Below, piece by piece: positions 1 to 12,957 of a stretch of 64,000 bases of DNA (position 1 is its first letter; each line of letters starts with the position of its first letter). Origin of the DNA: Vitrella brassicaformis CCMP3155 (Eukaryota; Protista; Chromerida); the NCBI GenBank assembly GCA_001179505.1, contig CDMY01000312.1:62317-126316 (forward strand), given 5' to 3'. The notes under the pieces are model-generated. The model was not told where the DNA came from, did no database searches, and saw only the letters and a program-made list of their open reading frames with translations. A program made the position numbers and the translations under genes.

Positions 1-67
1 ACACACACACACACGCGACGGTGTGTTATGCATGAGCATGGTCCGTGTGTCTGTTTGTGTGTGGCAG

Positions 68-1625
68 GTTTGACGCGCCCACCGCGACTCAGCTGGAGGT
101 GGAGAGCCACCTGTGCGCCAACAACGGCCAGGTGACCTACACCCACCACAACCAGCGCTACGAGGCCAACCTCTTCAACCGCAAGCAGACCAACCTCCAC
201 ACCAATCAACAGCGCGACATCAGGCGCAGGGACGTCATGCCAGGCGCCGCCCCACACCCCCATGGACATCACCCCCAGTCCCACCACGCCCGCCAATCCG
301 CCGGCCGGTCTCACGCACAGTCGTCTGGACACCGACACGGACCCTATCATGGCCACGGACACGGCGGCAGGCATTCCGGCGGCCGTCGGAGCGGCCATGC
401 GGCCAGTGCTTCGGCCTCTGCTGCAAGTGGCGGGTCGATCGCGACACACTCATTCGGCAGCGGGCGGAAGATCTACACGTACAATGACGAGTCGATTCCG
501 CAGGAGGACGTGGACTCGGTGCTCGAGGATGTGCCGGACCGGCCAGAGAGGGAGGGAGAGGGAGAGGGAGAGGAGGGGGAGGGGGAGGGCGGGGGAGAGG
601 CGTGTGCCGTCTGCAGCATATGTCACGACGAGTTGCGTGAGGACCTGGTGAGGTTTGTGGGCGACTGCCCCCACGTGTTCCACCGGGAGTGTGTACACAA
701 TATGGCCAAATACGGCAGCGGCCACCTCAAGTGCCCCCTCTGCAACGCGGTCAAGCTCTACTCACATGGATCGCAGCCCAGTGGTCAGTCAGCTGAACAC
801 ACACACACGCGCGCACACACAGACATCTGGATCGTCCACACATCACATCTGCTCGGGGTGTGTGTGTCAGGTGCGATGGAGTGGACCACTGGTGACGAGC
901 CGGTCTTGAAGGGCCACGAGGGCACCAAGACCGTCACCATCACTTGGTCATTCCCAGACGGAATACAGGGTGGGTCTGCCCTGCCCCTCACACACATAGA
1001 CAAGGAGAGCGCTCACGCATGCCACTGTGTGTGTGCTGGTTTGATCAGGTCGCAAGATGATGAGTGAGGGACACCGGTATCGCGGCACGAGCCGCACCGG
1101 CTACCTCCCCGATACACCCACTGGACGCGCCATCGCACAAATGTTCATCAGATGCTTCGAACACGTACGTTGGTTGCCCCCCACACACACCCACACACCC
1201 CCCCACACACCAATGCCAATGCGACGTCTCTGTGTGTTGTGTTGTGTTGTGTGCAGGGTCACATGTTCACAGTGGGGTCGAGTGTGACGACGGGCGCCGA
1301 GAACACGACTGTGTGGAACGGCGTCCACGTCAAAACCAAACCTGTCGGAGGTAGGACCATCACACTCACGCTCACCACTCAGGCAGCACAGGAGGGCAAC
1401 CACACCCATTTCCCTCTCTCTCTGTACCCCCCAGGGTCGGCCAACTTTGGATACCCCGACGATGGGTACTTCAAGCGCGTGTTGGAGGAGCTGGCGGGCA
1501 AGCACATTCTGCCCACACAGGAGGAGCGCGACGTGCTTACAGCCCAGGGGGTCATCGAGCAAGCGACGTCCGCCAGCGCATCGACGTCCGCATCCACACC
1601 CGCAACCAACGCCGTCAACCCGTGA
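68..1625 (+). CDS. Deltex-like E3 ubiquitin ligase (WWE + RING-H2 + Deltex C-terminal domain), 5' part outside window, ~5 exons
   Basis: WWE-like segment (LEVESH...YEANLFNRKQTNLHTNQQRDIRRR); RING CSIC..CPHVFHREC..CPLC followed by GSQPSG; DTC motifs TITWSFPDGIQ, YRGTSRTGYLPDTPTG, FTVGSSVTTG, VWNGVHVKT, FGYPDDGYFKRVLEEL. GT-AG introns join these in frame; TGA at 1623-1625. Confidence 0.88.
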
Positions 1626-2749
1626 TCCTCCCGGCCCACCTGCCTGTTGACATGCGGTGTTATCCTCTGAGATTTTGGTTTGATTGCGTTTTTGATACCG
1701 ATCGGCTGGGCGGTCCGGCGGCGCTTTCTTCTTATGTTTGGGTGGGCCATGAGTAGAGACAGACAAGGGGGGCCCTGCGTGTGTGAGACGACGGGTGAGT
1801 GATGCTGTGGTTGGGCTTTATGCTGAGTTGTGAGGTGAGTTGTGGTGGTGATGTGTGTGTGGGTGTATGTGAGTACACGGCTCTCTCTCTCTCTCTCCGG
1901 TGCCTGCGTCCATCTCTCCATCTACACATTTGTCGTTGTGTCGTGGACATTGCTGCTGGCGGTCCGTCTGGTGTGTTGCCGGCTTCTCACCCACCTGCAG
2001 CGAGGCCGCTGCATTGTGTCGGCGCTCTTGCTGCTGAGTGTCTGATGCAATGAAGAGGCAGCGATGTATGTGGGTGGGAAGAGGGGACACCGGATGACGG
2101 CGCCAAGGATATGAAACAAACACCCACCCATACGTGAAGTCGGGTCATTGTAAGATAGATATTCCTGCTGTCTCTCTGTGGTCTTCTGGGCATGTTCCCT
2201 TCACCAGGGGCGAGTGTGCGGCGGGTGGTGGTACCGACTCACCATCCGCTGCGTGTCTTGTCTTCGGTGATGGCGACATTCAGAAATCACATGAGAGCGA
2301 GTTAGCAGTCGGTTTTCCCATCGTTGGTTCAGACGGCCCGCCTGCCAGGCAGCGGGCGGGCCTTTCCGATTCTTTCTATGTGTGTGCGTGTGTGTGTGAG
2401 AGAGAACGAGAGCGTGTGTGCGTCCCGCCTTGTTGGTGTGTATGTGTGTGTGTGTGTGCGTGTCTTTGTATTGAATACGTGTGCCCGTCTATAGCATATG
2501 CTTTCATACACGTGCATACATTTAGTGGATGGCAGCGGACCGCTGCAGATTGACCTCATCGATTATGGAACCAGCTTTTCACAGTCGTTGCCTCGGCGTC
2601 CTCACGATGTGTCATGAGTGCCCACCGTCACATCCAGGAGACGCATCCACGCAGGAAGTCATACAACACACAGAGAACTTCCCAATATACCCCTCCCTCC
2701 CTGCCCCCTATACAGGGATACTGGCGATCAGCGACCGGTCCAGTCAGTC

Positions 2750-3210
2750 AAACCACTCCGCAGCACCTGCACCTGTCTCGATGAGCGCCAGGTCAGCAGC
2801 GAAGTCCTCTTCGCTCAGCCGGACGTGCGCCGCCTCAAAGGCAGCCACCTTCCTGGCCAGGTCGGCCTTGTAGGGCTGGTCCGCGGCCTTTGACTGCTCG
2901 AAGCAGGTCATCTTGCCGGTGCGCTTGGTCTTGCGGGTGGTCTTGGACATCTGTTTCGCAGAAGCCAAGCCATCCATCCATCCATCCACACACATGACGT
3001 CTGAACATCATCCTCCCTTACAGTACATCTGTACCTTGGATTTCTTGGCTATGGCGTTTTTCTTGACGTTCTTGATGCCATCGTTCTTGCTGTCGTCCTT
3101 GTCCCTGCCGTCGCTGCCATTGCTGCCGGTCTGTGTCTTGGTGGAGAGCGACGACAGGCCGCCACTGGAACTCGCCGCGCCCTTGACGGATGCATCCGAG
3201 GCTGCACACG
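2750..3210 (-). CDS. small Lys/Ser-rich hypothetical protein (at least 2 exons, ends uncertain)
   Basis: Codon-biased segments ASDASVKG...KKSKVQMY and MSKTTRKTKRTGK...ALIET, separated by a gtaagg...cag intron. No recognisable domain. Confidence 0.35.
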
Positions 3211-3337
3211 CATACACGGAAGAAATGCGCCATCAACTGGATGGGTGTGTCGGTCGTGTCTCATGAGTGTGAGCGTGCCAGCGTCATTTGTGTCGTCCTT
3301 GTACCCCCTGGACACGTTACGCTGAGCATGTTCGTTT

Positions 3338-3725
3338 TTTGAAAATGTGCGCTGGGCGACCGCCCGAAATGAAAAAATGCGTCGGAGACAGCGAGGATTG
3401 AAAAAGTGCATCGAGGAACAGCGAGGCGAATGAAAATGTGCAGTCCAGACAGCGGCCATTTGAAATATTGCGGTGGAGGACCGCATCAAGGACCTCATCA
3501 AAAGCCGCCATGGCTTCTACGTACACCTTCCCCCACCATGGATCGCGCTGGGAAATGAAAATTTTCGTTCGTCATCCTCCAAATGAAATTTTGCGTTCTG
3601 CTCTGTGACCAGCATGCGAAAAAATCCGTCGGCCAGAGCACCGAATGAAAAGGTACGTAGAGGGGTGAAGGAACGAAAAAACACGTTGACCAGCTGCGAG
3701 TTTGAAATGATGCGCTTTCAGAAGG
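3338..3725. repeat. degenerate ~30-bp periodic array, core WWTGAAAA(n3)TGCG, ~11 units in two blocks
   Basis: GAAA cores at about 3341, 3371, 3400, 3432, 3462 and 3557, 3585, 3618, 3647, 3675, 3704. First-block units also share GAC(A/C)GC. Confidence 0.65.
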
Positions 3726-4540
3726 TTACGTGCCTAGGGGGTACGTCCTTGGGAGGGGGCAGCCCAAACGAAACAGCGGCAAGCACCGGGATGAGGACCA
3801 GTGGCATCTGCAACACACACACACAAAGACTCCCAGCTGGTCAAGAGAGAGAATGGGTGGTCCATCTCCACCAAATACCTTTGCAGGTGACTCCTTCTTG
3901 CCTCTGAGCATAGTTGGCCCTACCGAATCTCCTCAGTTGACGAAAATGACCACACCAAAGCTGTGCACACAGAGGCAGCACATCGAGGAGCTCGCATTGC
4001 CATTTCTGGGGCATTTTCCCTCAAAGTCGGTGCATGTGGGCTCTTAGTGCCTCTTCTTACCTGACTGCCGGTGCTGAATCGTCTGCAATTGTCGCTGAGC
4101 GGTCCTGGGGCCTTTCTCGCCTGTGGGCAGCTGCTGTGGGGCAATTTATGGGGCTGACACCACCACAGACAAACGAGGCTGATACGATAGAGGGTGTTGT
4201 GAGCACACTGAGGCTCAGATGTCGTGGCTCCAATGGAGAACGAGGAGGGGGTCCGAAGCTAAGCAATTGAAGCTAAGCTTGCTGATTTACATTTGGGTGA
4301 TGGTCATTGTTTGCCGTAGTGTTGTGGAGATGCATGGTGCTGGCTGATTGTCTGTCGGGGATAGAGAAACAACATCGATCGTTGCCTGCATTTGTATTGA
4401 ATTTCAATTTGTTGGCTTGCTATCCGAAGACTGCATTAGACGGAACAAATCCTTTGCTGCATAAGGGCCTGTGTCTCGTTGCATTTGATGGATGACCCAC
4501 TGCACGAACGCACTCAGCCGTCCATCCGCCCATGACCTAA

Positions 4541-4663
4541 TTATTGCTGCCACGAGAAGCCCAACACGATCTCCCCTTTGACATCGACCTTGGACCTGAC
4601 CCCCTCCTTGGCCACCAACCGCTCCACCACATCACCAGTGCCAAACTGACACAAATACATACA

Positions 4664-4695
<32 letters not shown>

Positions 4696-7600
4696 TGCAG
4701 GGAATGTGTCTGTGCTGTGTCTGCTGCGTCTCCGTGTCTCCCTCCCCATATGTGTCAATCACCTGGAGGCTGTGTGGCGGCACTCGGACGGTCATGCAGC
4801 CAAGGAAATCATCACCACCCCGCGACTTGATCATGTCATAGTCATACACCTCACACACGCACTCCACGCCCCTCTCAGCAGCGCCGGGCGGCAGGTCAGT
4901 GAAGGTCAGAGACTTGTTCCATTTCGGGTTGAGGTTCTGGCTGATGTGCTCAGTCTGCTGTGTGGGCGACTCCCACCCATTGGCCCGCAGCTTCACAACC
5001 ATGTAGGGGTCGCTCTTGCGCATCCATCCGTCGGCCGCAGCGAGGTCGTGAGCCTCCTTGATATTCACTACCAGCTTGCTCGGCACCGGCGGTTGTGCAG
5101 GCGGCGGCTGCTGGGGTGGCTGCTGCTGCTGCTGGTGTTGTGAGAGGGTGCCGTATGGCGTCTGCATCGTCTGGTAGGGCGTGCCGGCGGCACCGGTCAC
5201 CTCACTGGTGGAGTGGAGGGGCGATGCTGCGGCCTGAAATGGGCTGGCAGGGCCGCCCACGCCCGATGGGCCACGGCTGGCGAGGCCGCCGGCCGATGAG
5301 GGGGGAAAGGAGTGGTAGGGGGTGGGCACCGCATGGGACGCCACATCCAAGTCGACCGGTGGCACACCTCCCTGCTTCCGTGTCTGTGGGGGCTGCTGGG
5401 CTNNNNNNNNNNNNNNNNNNNNNNNNNNNNNNNNNNNNNNNNNNNNNNNNNNNNNNNNNNNNNNNNNNNNNNNNNNNNNNNNNNNNNNNNNNNNNNNNNN
5501 NNNNNNNNNNNNNNNNNNNNNNNNNNNNNNNNNNNNNNNNNNNNNNNNNNNNNNNNNNNNNNNNNNNNNNNNNNNNNNNNNNNNNNNNNNNNNNNNNNNN
5601 NNNNNNNNNNNNNNNNNNNNNNNNNNNNNNNNNNNNNNNNNNNNNNNNNNNNNNNNNNNNNNNNNNNNNNNNNNNNNNNNNNNNNNNNNNNNNNNNNNNN
5701 NNGGCTGCAATTGTGGGGGTTGTTGGGGGGGCTGCTGATAGGCGCCGCTATCAGGGTAGGGTGGTTCATCCAGTGGTTCTGGGTGGAAGGGCGCTGGTCG
5801 AGTGGGTGAGGGTGGGCGGTGCGTCACGGTCATGGTCATGTCTCCGGCGGAGGGGGCCTGTTGCTGCGGCATGTGCAGCGGTGTCCATGTGGTGACGAGG
5901 AAGAGCTGTCCTTGTGCTGGGTCGCGGCACTTCTGTGTGTTGGACTGGAGAGAGAGAGTCACCTCCTGCACTGAGGGACGACTGATGTCTTGCGGAAGAG
6001 GGAACCTGCATACGACATGAGACACAACTACGTGTCTGTCTCTCCCTGTCGATTGACGTGGCGTACGTGGCCTCTCCCAGGAAGTCCTTGCCGAGTGTGT
6101 CTGAATCCCACACCTCGACCAACACGGGCTCGCTGGGACCCTCACGCTGCGGCCAGTTGATTTTGAAGCTCTTGCTCTCCTTCCACACGGGGTCAAGCGT
6201 CTTGCACTTGACCGATGTCTCCCACACCTGCGCGCGCACAGACACGGGCGTAGAGGATATCTCACTCACGGACAGGCCATCTTGATTCCTACCTGAGGTT
6301 TGGAGTGCGTCTTTGGCTGTGCGGGGACCAAGAATCGGCAGAAGGGGTCAGATATGGTCAGCTTGCCGAAGCCCCACATGGAACGGTCCGCAGCACGCAG
6401 ACCCTGTGCTGACAGACACTGAACGGAACAATAATAGAGACACAACAGATGGGCGCGTCGGGAAGAGTCCTTCTTTGTCAACCTCAATCTTGAAGTCGCC
6501 TTCGAACGTCTGCGGGGGTGGTGGGGGCCCAGCCGCCATCGAGAGGTCCGTCGTGAGCCCCTTGTCAGGCACCTGCATGACCTGCTGAGTGACCTCCTCC
6601 AGCTCGTACCGTGGCTCCCACTCTATCTCGAGGCTGATGAGGCCCTGTGCCTCCGCGCTGCTCTTCTTTTTGTTGGACTGGAGGGGCTGCTGGAAGGTCT
6701 TCCTGCCACCCTTGATGGGGAAGGGCAGGTGGACCTCGCCAAGGAAATCGTCAGGGCCGAGGTCTGAGTCGAAAACCTCTATCAGGATGGTCGGCTTGCT
6801 CTCGCCGGTCCACTCATTGGGGGACTGCACAGACAAAGACGAGGGCTTTACGAAGACAGAAAAGAAGGCGCGTGGCAGGTTTGGTTGACCGTTTGTGAGT
6901 TGATGTAGAAGCCGTGTTGTTCATCCCAGACGGGGCTGAGGTTCTTCTTGACAACCTTGGTCTGCCATGAGTGCTTTCGGCTGCCGGGGCCGCCTGTCGC
7001 GAGACACACCTGCACAAGTGACAGCCACCCAGCAGTGGACTAACACCTGGTATTGGCTCTAGTGACCTACTTTGGCGTATGGGTCGGATGTTGTGGGGCG
7101 GCCGAACATGGTAGTGTCGGCTGCACGGAGGCCCGACGCCGATATGCACTGAGGCAGACATGCAGGCCATGAGAGTGGCGTCTGTGTCTGTGTCTGTGTC
7201 TGCGTATGTGTGGTGTGTACTTTGATGCGGAGGTTGCCGACGTATGGGAGGCTCTCCCCGTCCTCAGCCAGCACCTCACACTCAACTATTTCTGATCAAT
7301 CACGCCACACAGACTCTTCGTTCCGTGTGTGTGTGTGTGTGTGTGTGTGTACCAGGTTCCTCCTTGTCCATGTCGATGTGGGGCCTCCAGGTGATATCGA
7401 TGGCCAGGCTGCCGCCACCGCTGCTCCTGCCCTTCTCAGGGTCGCCCGTCAGCGGCAGCTGGTACCTAGTGGTGCCGCGCTGCACAGACACAGACAGACG
7501 ATGATGATGATAGGTGCATCTGTGATTGCACTTGTTTGGACCTTTGTGGGCGCAGGGAATGCCACTTGCCCCAGGAAGGCGTCCGAGCCGAGTCTGCTGG

Positions 7601-10040
7601 CCCACACCTCCACTAGCACGAGAGACTCAGATGGACCCAACTCCTGACACGCACACAGCAGCCCAGGGTTGACAGGGGGCCACCCACGAATGCTCACGCA
7701 CCCTGGGCAGGTTGACGTCCCATTCCTTGTCCTGCTGCCACACGGGCGAGTTGTTGTGCTTGACCACCTTGCTTTGCCACACGTCGGGCTTCTCAGTCGA
7801 CGTGCACTGCGTGAACATCTTGCAGTACGCATTCACTGCACACACATGTGCACAACACATATCGATGGCCAAGACAGAGAGACAGCAGCTGTGTGTGTGT
7901 GTACCAGGGTTTTGTTTCTGCTTGGGTGAGTTCTTGGTGGCGCCGGGAGGGACCAAAGCGGTCGCCGCCACACACTAAGGAGGGAGGAGAGTCAGGAGAC
8001 ACGACGAGCAGACAGGAGGCCGATCTCATTCGATTGCGTAACGTACCACCACGATCAGTTTGCCCGAGAAAGGGGCCGCGGTGCCCATTTCGTGAAGCAC
8101 TGCACAAGGAGAGAGAGAGGCAGACAGAGAGGGTTGGGAGAAATGCGACAGGGGCAAGTACATGAAGTGTGTGCTGGTGCACGCACGCACACCCGCACCT
8201 GTTGGTTTTGCGTCAGGTGCGGCGAGGAAGGGCGCCCACTGCACCTCAAGGCTCAGCTGCCCCGTCACCTTACCCAAGGCCTGTCCGGCACAAACTCAAT
8301 GACCTGCCTGCATGCCGCTTCGCATTCTGTGCGATGCTCTCGTACGTTCTTGTCTTCCTTTGCAGGGTTGCCCATCAGCGCCTGGTGCACGTGGGAGATC
8401 GTGGGTTCCTACGTACGCATACGCAGCCACACCCACCCACCAATGGAGACAATGAATGCACGTACATCGCGGTTCCTTTTGTTCTCACAGTGGCGTTTTT
8501 GGGAATGGGCAGCGTGATCTCGCCGAGGAAGTCGTCCTTCTCGAAGTTGACTCCCATGACTGCGTCGGCATCCCACACCTCCACGACGTAGCTGCCGGCC
8601 TCACCAACGGGCTGCACAAAGGAAGGCATAATGAAACCATCAGAATGCCCTCAATTGTTCCCGTGATGCTGTGCTGCAGCCGGCGTGCCGACCCTTTGGT
8701 TGAATGAGATGAAGAAGTCGTTCGCCTCGTTCCACACTGGATCGAGCGTCTCGTTGATTGTCTTGGTGCGCCATGTGGTGGGCTTGGACTTCTCGCACTC
8801 ACTCACGCACACCTGCACACACCACATGCAATGGATGCCATACCATGTTCCCTCCCCTCTCTCCCTGTCCCTGTGTCAGGTTGGGTACTTTGCAGTAGGG
8901 GTCGGAGAGGCCTTTGGACAGGCCCATCATAGTCGAGTCGGCAGCACGGAGGCCAAAGGCAGAGAGACACTGCGTGAGAAAGGACAATGGCACACAAATG
9001 CATGGTCCCTTCCTCACGGACACACAGCACAATCCTCCGGAGCTCCTCGCTCCCACCTTGACAGTGAGCTTGCCGACGAAAGCCTGCTCCAGGCCAGGGT
9101 CCACCACGACCGACACTGAACACACATACCGCAGTACCAAATGAGAAAGCTTTTCAGCAGTAGCTACCCTCTGGTCTGGCTGGGAGGATTGTTGCCCCGC
9201 CGTGAGCGTCATAGGCTGTCCTTGGCACTATGGCGCTTTCAGCGAGGTTCTCCGGCGGGGACCACAGCAGCTCCACACACAGACACCCCTACAACGAAGC
9301 GGCATACAACGAAGAAGCAATCACACTATCTTTCTCCGATTCTCCCGGCTCTTCCACCTCGGCAGCTTCCTTTGCTTTCTGTGGGTTGGACTGCACGCGC
9401 CTCAGCTGTTTTTCCAGCAGTGGCCGCACACCCCCTCTTCGCTGCAGCGTCTCATAGCAGTTCCGGAGGAACGACTGGGGGAATGGAATCCTCACTTCGC
9501 CCAGGAAGTTGTCTTTGCCCCAGTCGCTGTCCCAGACCTCGATGAGCACCTCGCTCGGGGCGTCGGTGGTGTTGTGTGGTGAGGGGAGGGGCACCTGGAA
9601 GTCTTTGGTCTCCTTCCAGATGGGGTGGAGGGTCTTGACGATAGTCTCGGTGTTCCAGGTGTGGAAGCCGCCTTTGGGAGAGGGAACCAGCACCTGACGG
9701 AAAGAGGTGAAGACATGTTTCGGCGCCTGATCGGGATTTCCGTGTCACTTACTTTGCAGTAGGGGTCAGATGTTGCCTCCCCTCCCCTGGGTGCAGCGTC
9801 AGCAGCACGCACACCAACAGCCGACCAGCAGGTCATACTGAGGGTGCCAATGAGGTCGGGCATCGTCACAGGGGGCGGCGGGATGGCCTGTGGTGGCGAC
9901 ACGGGAATGGTCTCGGTTGGTGAAGGGTAGCCCCTCTCCAGCTCCTGTGGCTGCGTGGGCCGGGCTGTTGGGACTGGTACTGGCGGAGACAGGGGCGGGC
10001 CGGCAGGGACATGTGCGGGGGGAGGCACATGGGGAGGCGG
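4541..10040 (-). CDS. six tandem C2 domains with Pro/Gln-rich linkers (3' part of a multi-C2 protein)
   Basis: Repeated C2 signature (L.v.v..A.gL.aaD...SDPY....W.T..v..tL.PvW....v.vEVWD.D...DDFLGe) at about 9840-9480, 9100-8480, 8100-7550, 7270-6700, 6500-6050 and 5080-4560. TAA at 4541-4543; crosses gap 5403-5702. Confidence 0.9.
5403..5702. other. scaffold gap (300 N); others at 41558-41857, 44026-44325, 52408-52707, 54038-54337, 55684-55983
   Basis: Uniform 300-N runs, several abutting poly-G tracts or the palindrome. Confidence 0.98.
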
Positions 10041-10108
10041 CTGAAGGACACAAAGACGGAGGAGAAATGGAGAATGAAGATGGCATTAGACATAAGTCAG
10101 TCGCTTGC

Positions 10109-12923
10109 CTCTTTCATTTCAGGGTGGCGCGGAGCTGTTTCCCGCATGCGCAGCTGAACATTTGAAAACAACAGGACGTTCAACAAGACGAACATATGAA
10201 GTGTAAGCACTTTTGCTGCATCATAGCTACCGTGTTTTGCAGGTCTGCGACTCTTGTCTGTTCCTCCTGCAGCGCCTGTCGCATCATGGCCAGCTGCTTC
10301 TGCAGCCCCTCGTTGTCCTTGCGCAACGCCGCCAGCTGCTGCTCGAGCGACCGGTACTTGTCGTCACTCGGACCACCCCTGCCAACAACACACGCCCGCA
10401 TCTGATGAATCTGACAATATTGGATGACGCGTACATCTGTCCAGCGTGTTTCTTGAAGTATTCCAGGTCCTGCAGGGCGGTGGCCAGGTCGCGACGGGCG
10501 GCGACTGCACAGACAGACAGAGGGATGGGGACATGAGTCGTGGCTGCCGGTGAAGCTATCTCACTTGCAGCTCCTTCTGCGGCGCCCTTCTCCTGCTGGA
10601 CCTGCTTCAGCACCTCCTGCACACTCTCCAGCTGCTGACGCAAAAACTGACCCGGCAGCACACAAGCCCATCCCATCTATGGGAACCTGTCTGTGGTCTG
10701 TTCTTAGCTTATTACCTTGAGGTGTGCCTCCTGATTGGCGTACCCCTCTGCTTGCTTCGCCATCATGGCCATCTGCATGCCATGCATCGCCATCATACAC
10801 AGATGGATAGTGCTGCGTGTCTCCTGCTTACTGTGTGCACGTGTTGTGACTTACCTTGGTCCTGAGGTCTCCTCCCTCCATCATATGTCTCTGCAGCTCC
10901 TCCTGCGTGAACCTCAGACTGCGATCGGCCGCCCTCAGCTGCTGCTCCATGTCCTGATTGATGAAGAGAGAGACACGAGAGATGGACGGGTGGAAGGGAG
11001 ATCGCAGGGAGGGGTACTTACTTTGAGGGCTAGTTCTTTCTTGGTGAGCTCCTGTCGCATCCTCTCTGTGTCGTCCCTCACAGCAGCCACCTCACGCGCA
11101 TCGAACGATCCCTCAACTTTCGACCTAATGAATTAATGACGCACGCAGAGCAATCGATTCACTCATCGGTAATTTGGTTACTTCATGTCTTGGATCGTGT
11201 GGTGCAGGTCGTGGATGGTCTTCTTGTGTGCGTCGCTGTCCTTGAGCAGCCGGTCGATCTCCTCAACCATCACACGCTCACGTGCAGTCACCGGCACAAA
11301 TCGGGAACGCTCATCTGTCGGCAGGTAGGGAAGACAGCTAGATGAAACAGACTCGAGTGCATCGTCTTGTGTGTATATGGACCTCCTTTCTGGTCGATCG
11401 TTGTGTCTTTGAGTGCGAGAGGGACCGTTGGCAGGGGGCCGAACTGCGTATAGTACGCTGCGATCTCGTGCTCGTCGCCCTAAACACACGCAGAGAGAGG
11501 GCGGGGGAGAGAGAGGGGGGGAGAGGGAGAGAGGGATGGAGGGCTCCCGCTCTGTATAGGTGCATTTGTGTCACCTTTGATGGCGGAATGTGCGTTGGGG
11601 GGTGCAGAAGGTTGAACACGCGAAGCGCCGTCTCAACAGACGACACCTGCAGACACGCACAAGCATCCTTGTGTCTCCTTCAGCTTGTATCTCGTGCGAC
11701 ACACACTAGACACCACACCACCTTTGATATGGATGAGAAGAGCTGTTGGTGGGTGTGGATGGCCTCCATCCAGCTGGCGGTGAACAGGTGCGGCTGCTTG
11801 ATGTGCTGCAGGTCGTCAAGGCCGCCCTGCTGCACGCGAAGCATCAGACGCATGAAGCGCTCGCGCAGAGGGCCCGTCGACACAGACAACGCAGACAACA
11901 GGCCTGAACCAACCCACGACACAACATCTAGCTATCCTTCTAATTGCGGAAGACAGTGTTCGACCTTCTTTCGGTCCTGGTCGCGATGGCTCGACGGCCA
12001 GCTGCTGCTCCCTCTCCCTTTTGTCTTCCGCCGGCGGATTGAATGGCTGTTGGGGCATCGTCAGCCGCTGCATGGGGGAGGTGGCTTGGTCAACGGCGCC
12101 TTCAGTGGCCCTGGACTCCGCTATCGGGAGCTCGCCCTTCTGCCCGAGATGACCTGCATATGTCATAGAGACGAGCATAAGGTCCACCATGCCTCCTCCA
12201 CAAGCGCCTGTGGATGGATGGATGGATGGATGCTCACTTTTGATCTGGTCTCTGATGAGTGGCGTGGCGGCCATCTGCAGAGGGCTCTTGCGGCCGACAG
12301 TATCCTGTATGTGCGGGTCAGCTCCATTCCTCAGCAGCAATGGGACCACCTTCGACTGACCCTCCTGCAGCCAGCCATATCAGTGCAAGGGCGTGACGAT
12401 GGCATCAATGATTTATCGGTCCCCTTCTATCTATACCTCGCATGCGTAATGGAGAGGGGTGCGTCCGTAAAGGTCGCGAGCGTTGACGTCAGCCCCCTTT
12501 GCGAGCAGCAGCTTGGTGATGTCCTGCCCGCTCCAGTGACGGCTCAACACAGCATAGTACAGACCGGTGCGCTCATGCTGCACACACAGCAAAGGCAGCT
12601 GCACTGCTGTCCTGCTGTCCTTGTCCCCGTCGTCTCTTTTGTCACCTTGTCGGTGGCGTGGATGAGCGATGGCTTCGAGTGCAGAAGAATGGAAACGACG
12701 TTGCGATTCTCCGAGCAACATCCCAGATGGAACGGCGTGCGACCAAGCTGCAACGACACAGAGCCGTGTACAAGACAAATGTGGTTCTTTCTTGTCCACG
12801 TGTACTGTACCCACCCCATCGCGGGCCTCCAGGTTCGCCCCAGCGTGCAACAGACACTCCACAGCTTTCTCGTGCCCATACTCACATGCCTGACGGACAG
12901 GACACAATGGCGGCTGGGTGTCT

Positions 12924-12957
<34 letters not shown>

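Noticed and set aside
3338-3725. CRISPR array
   Set aside because: Units are highly degenerate with no repeat-spacer structure, there are no cas genes, and the context is eukaryotic.
3760-4500. Degraded transposon or retroelement in AT-richer intergenic DNA
   Set aside because: No recognisable RT, integrase or transposase motif and no terminal repeats found.
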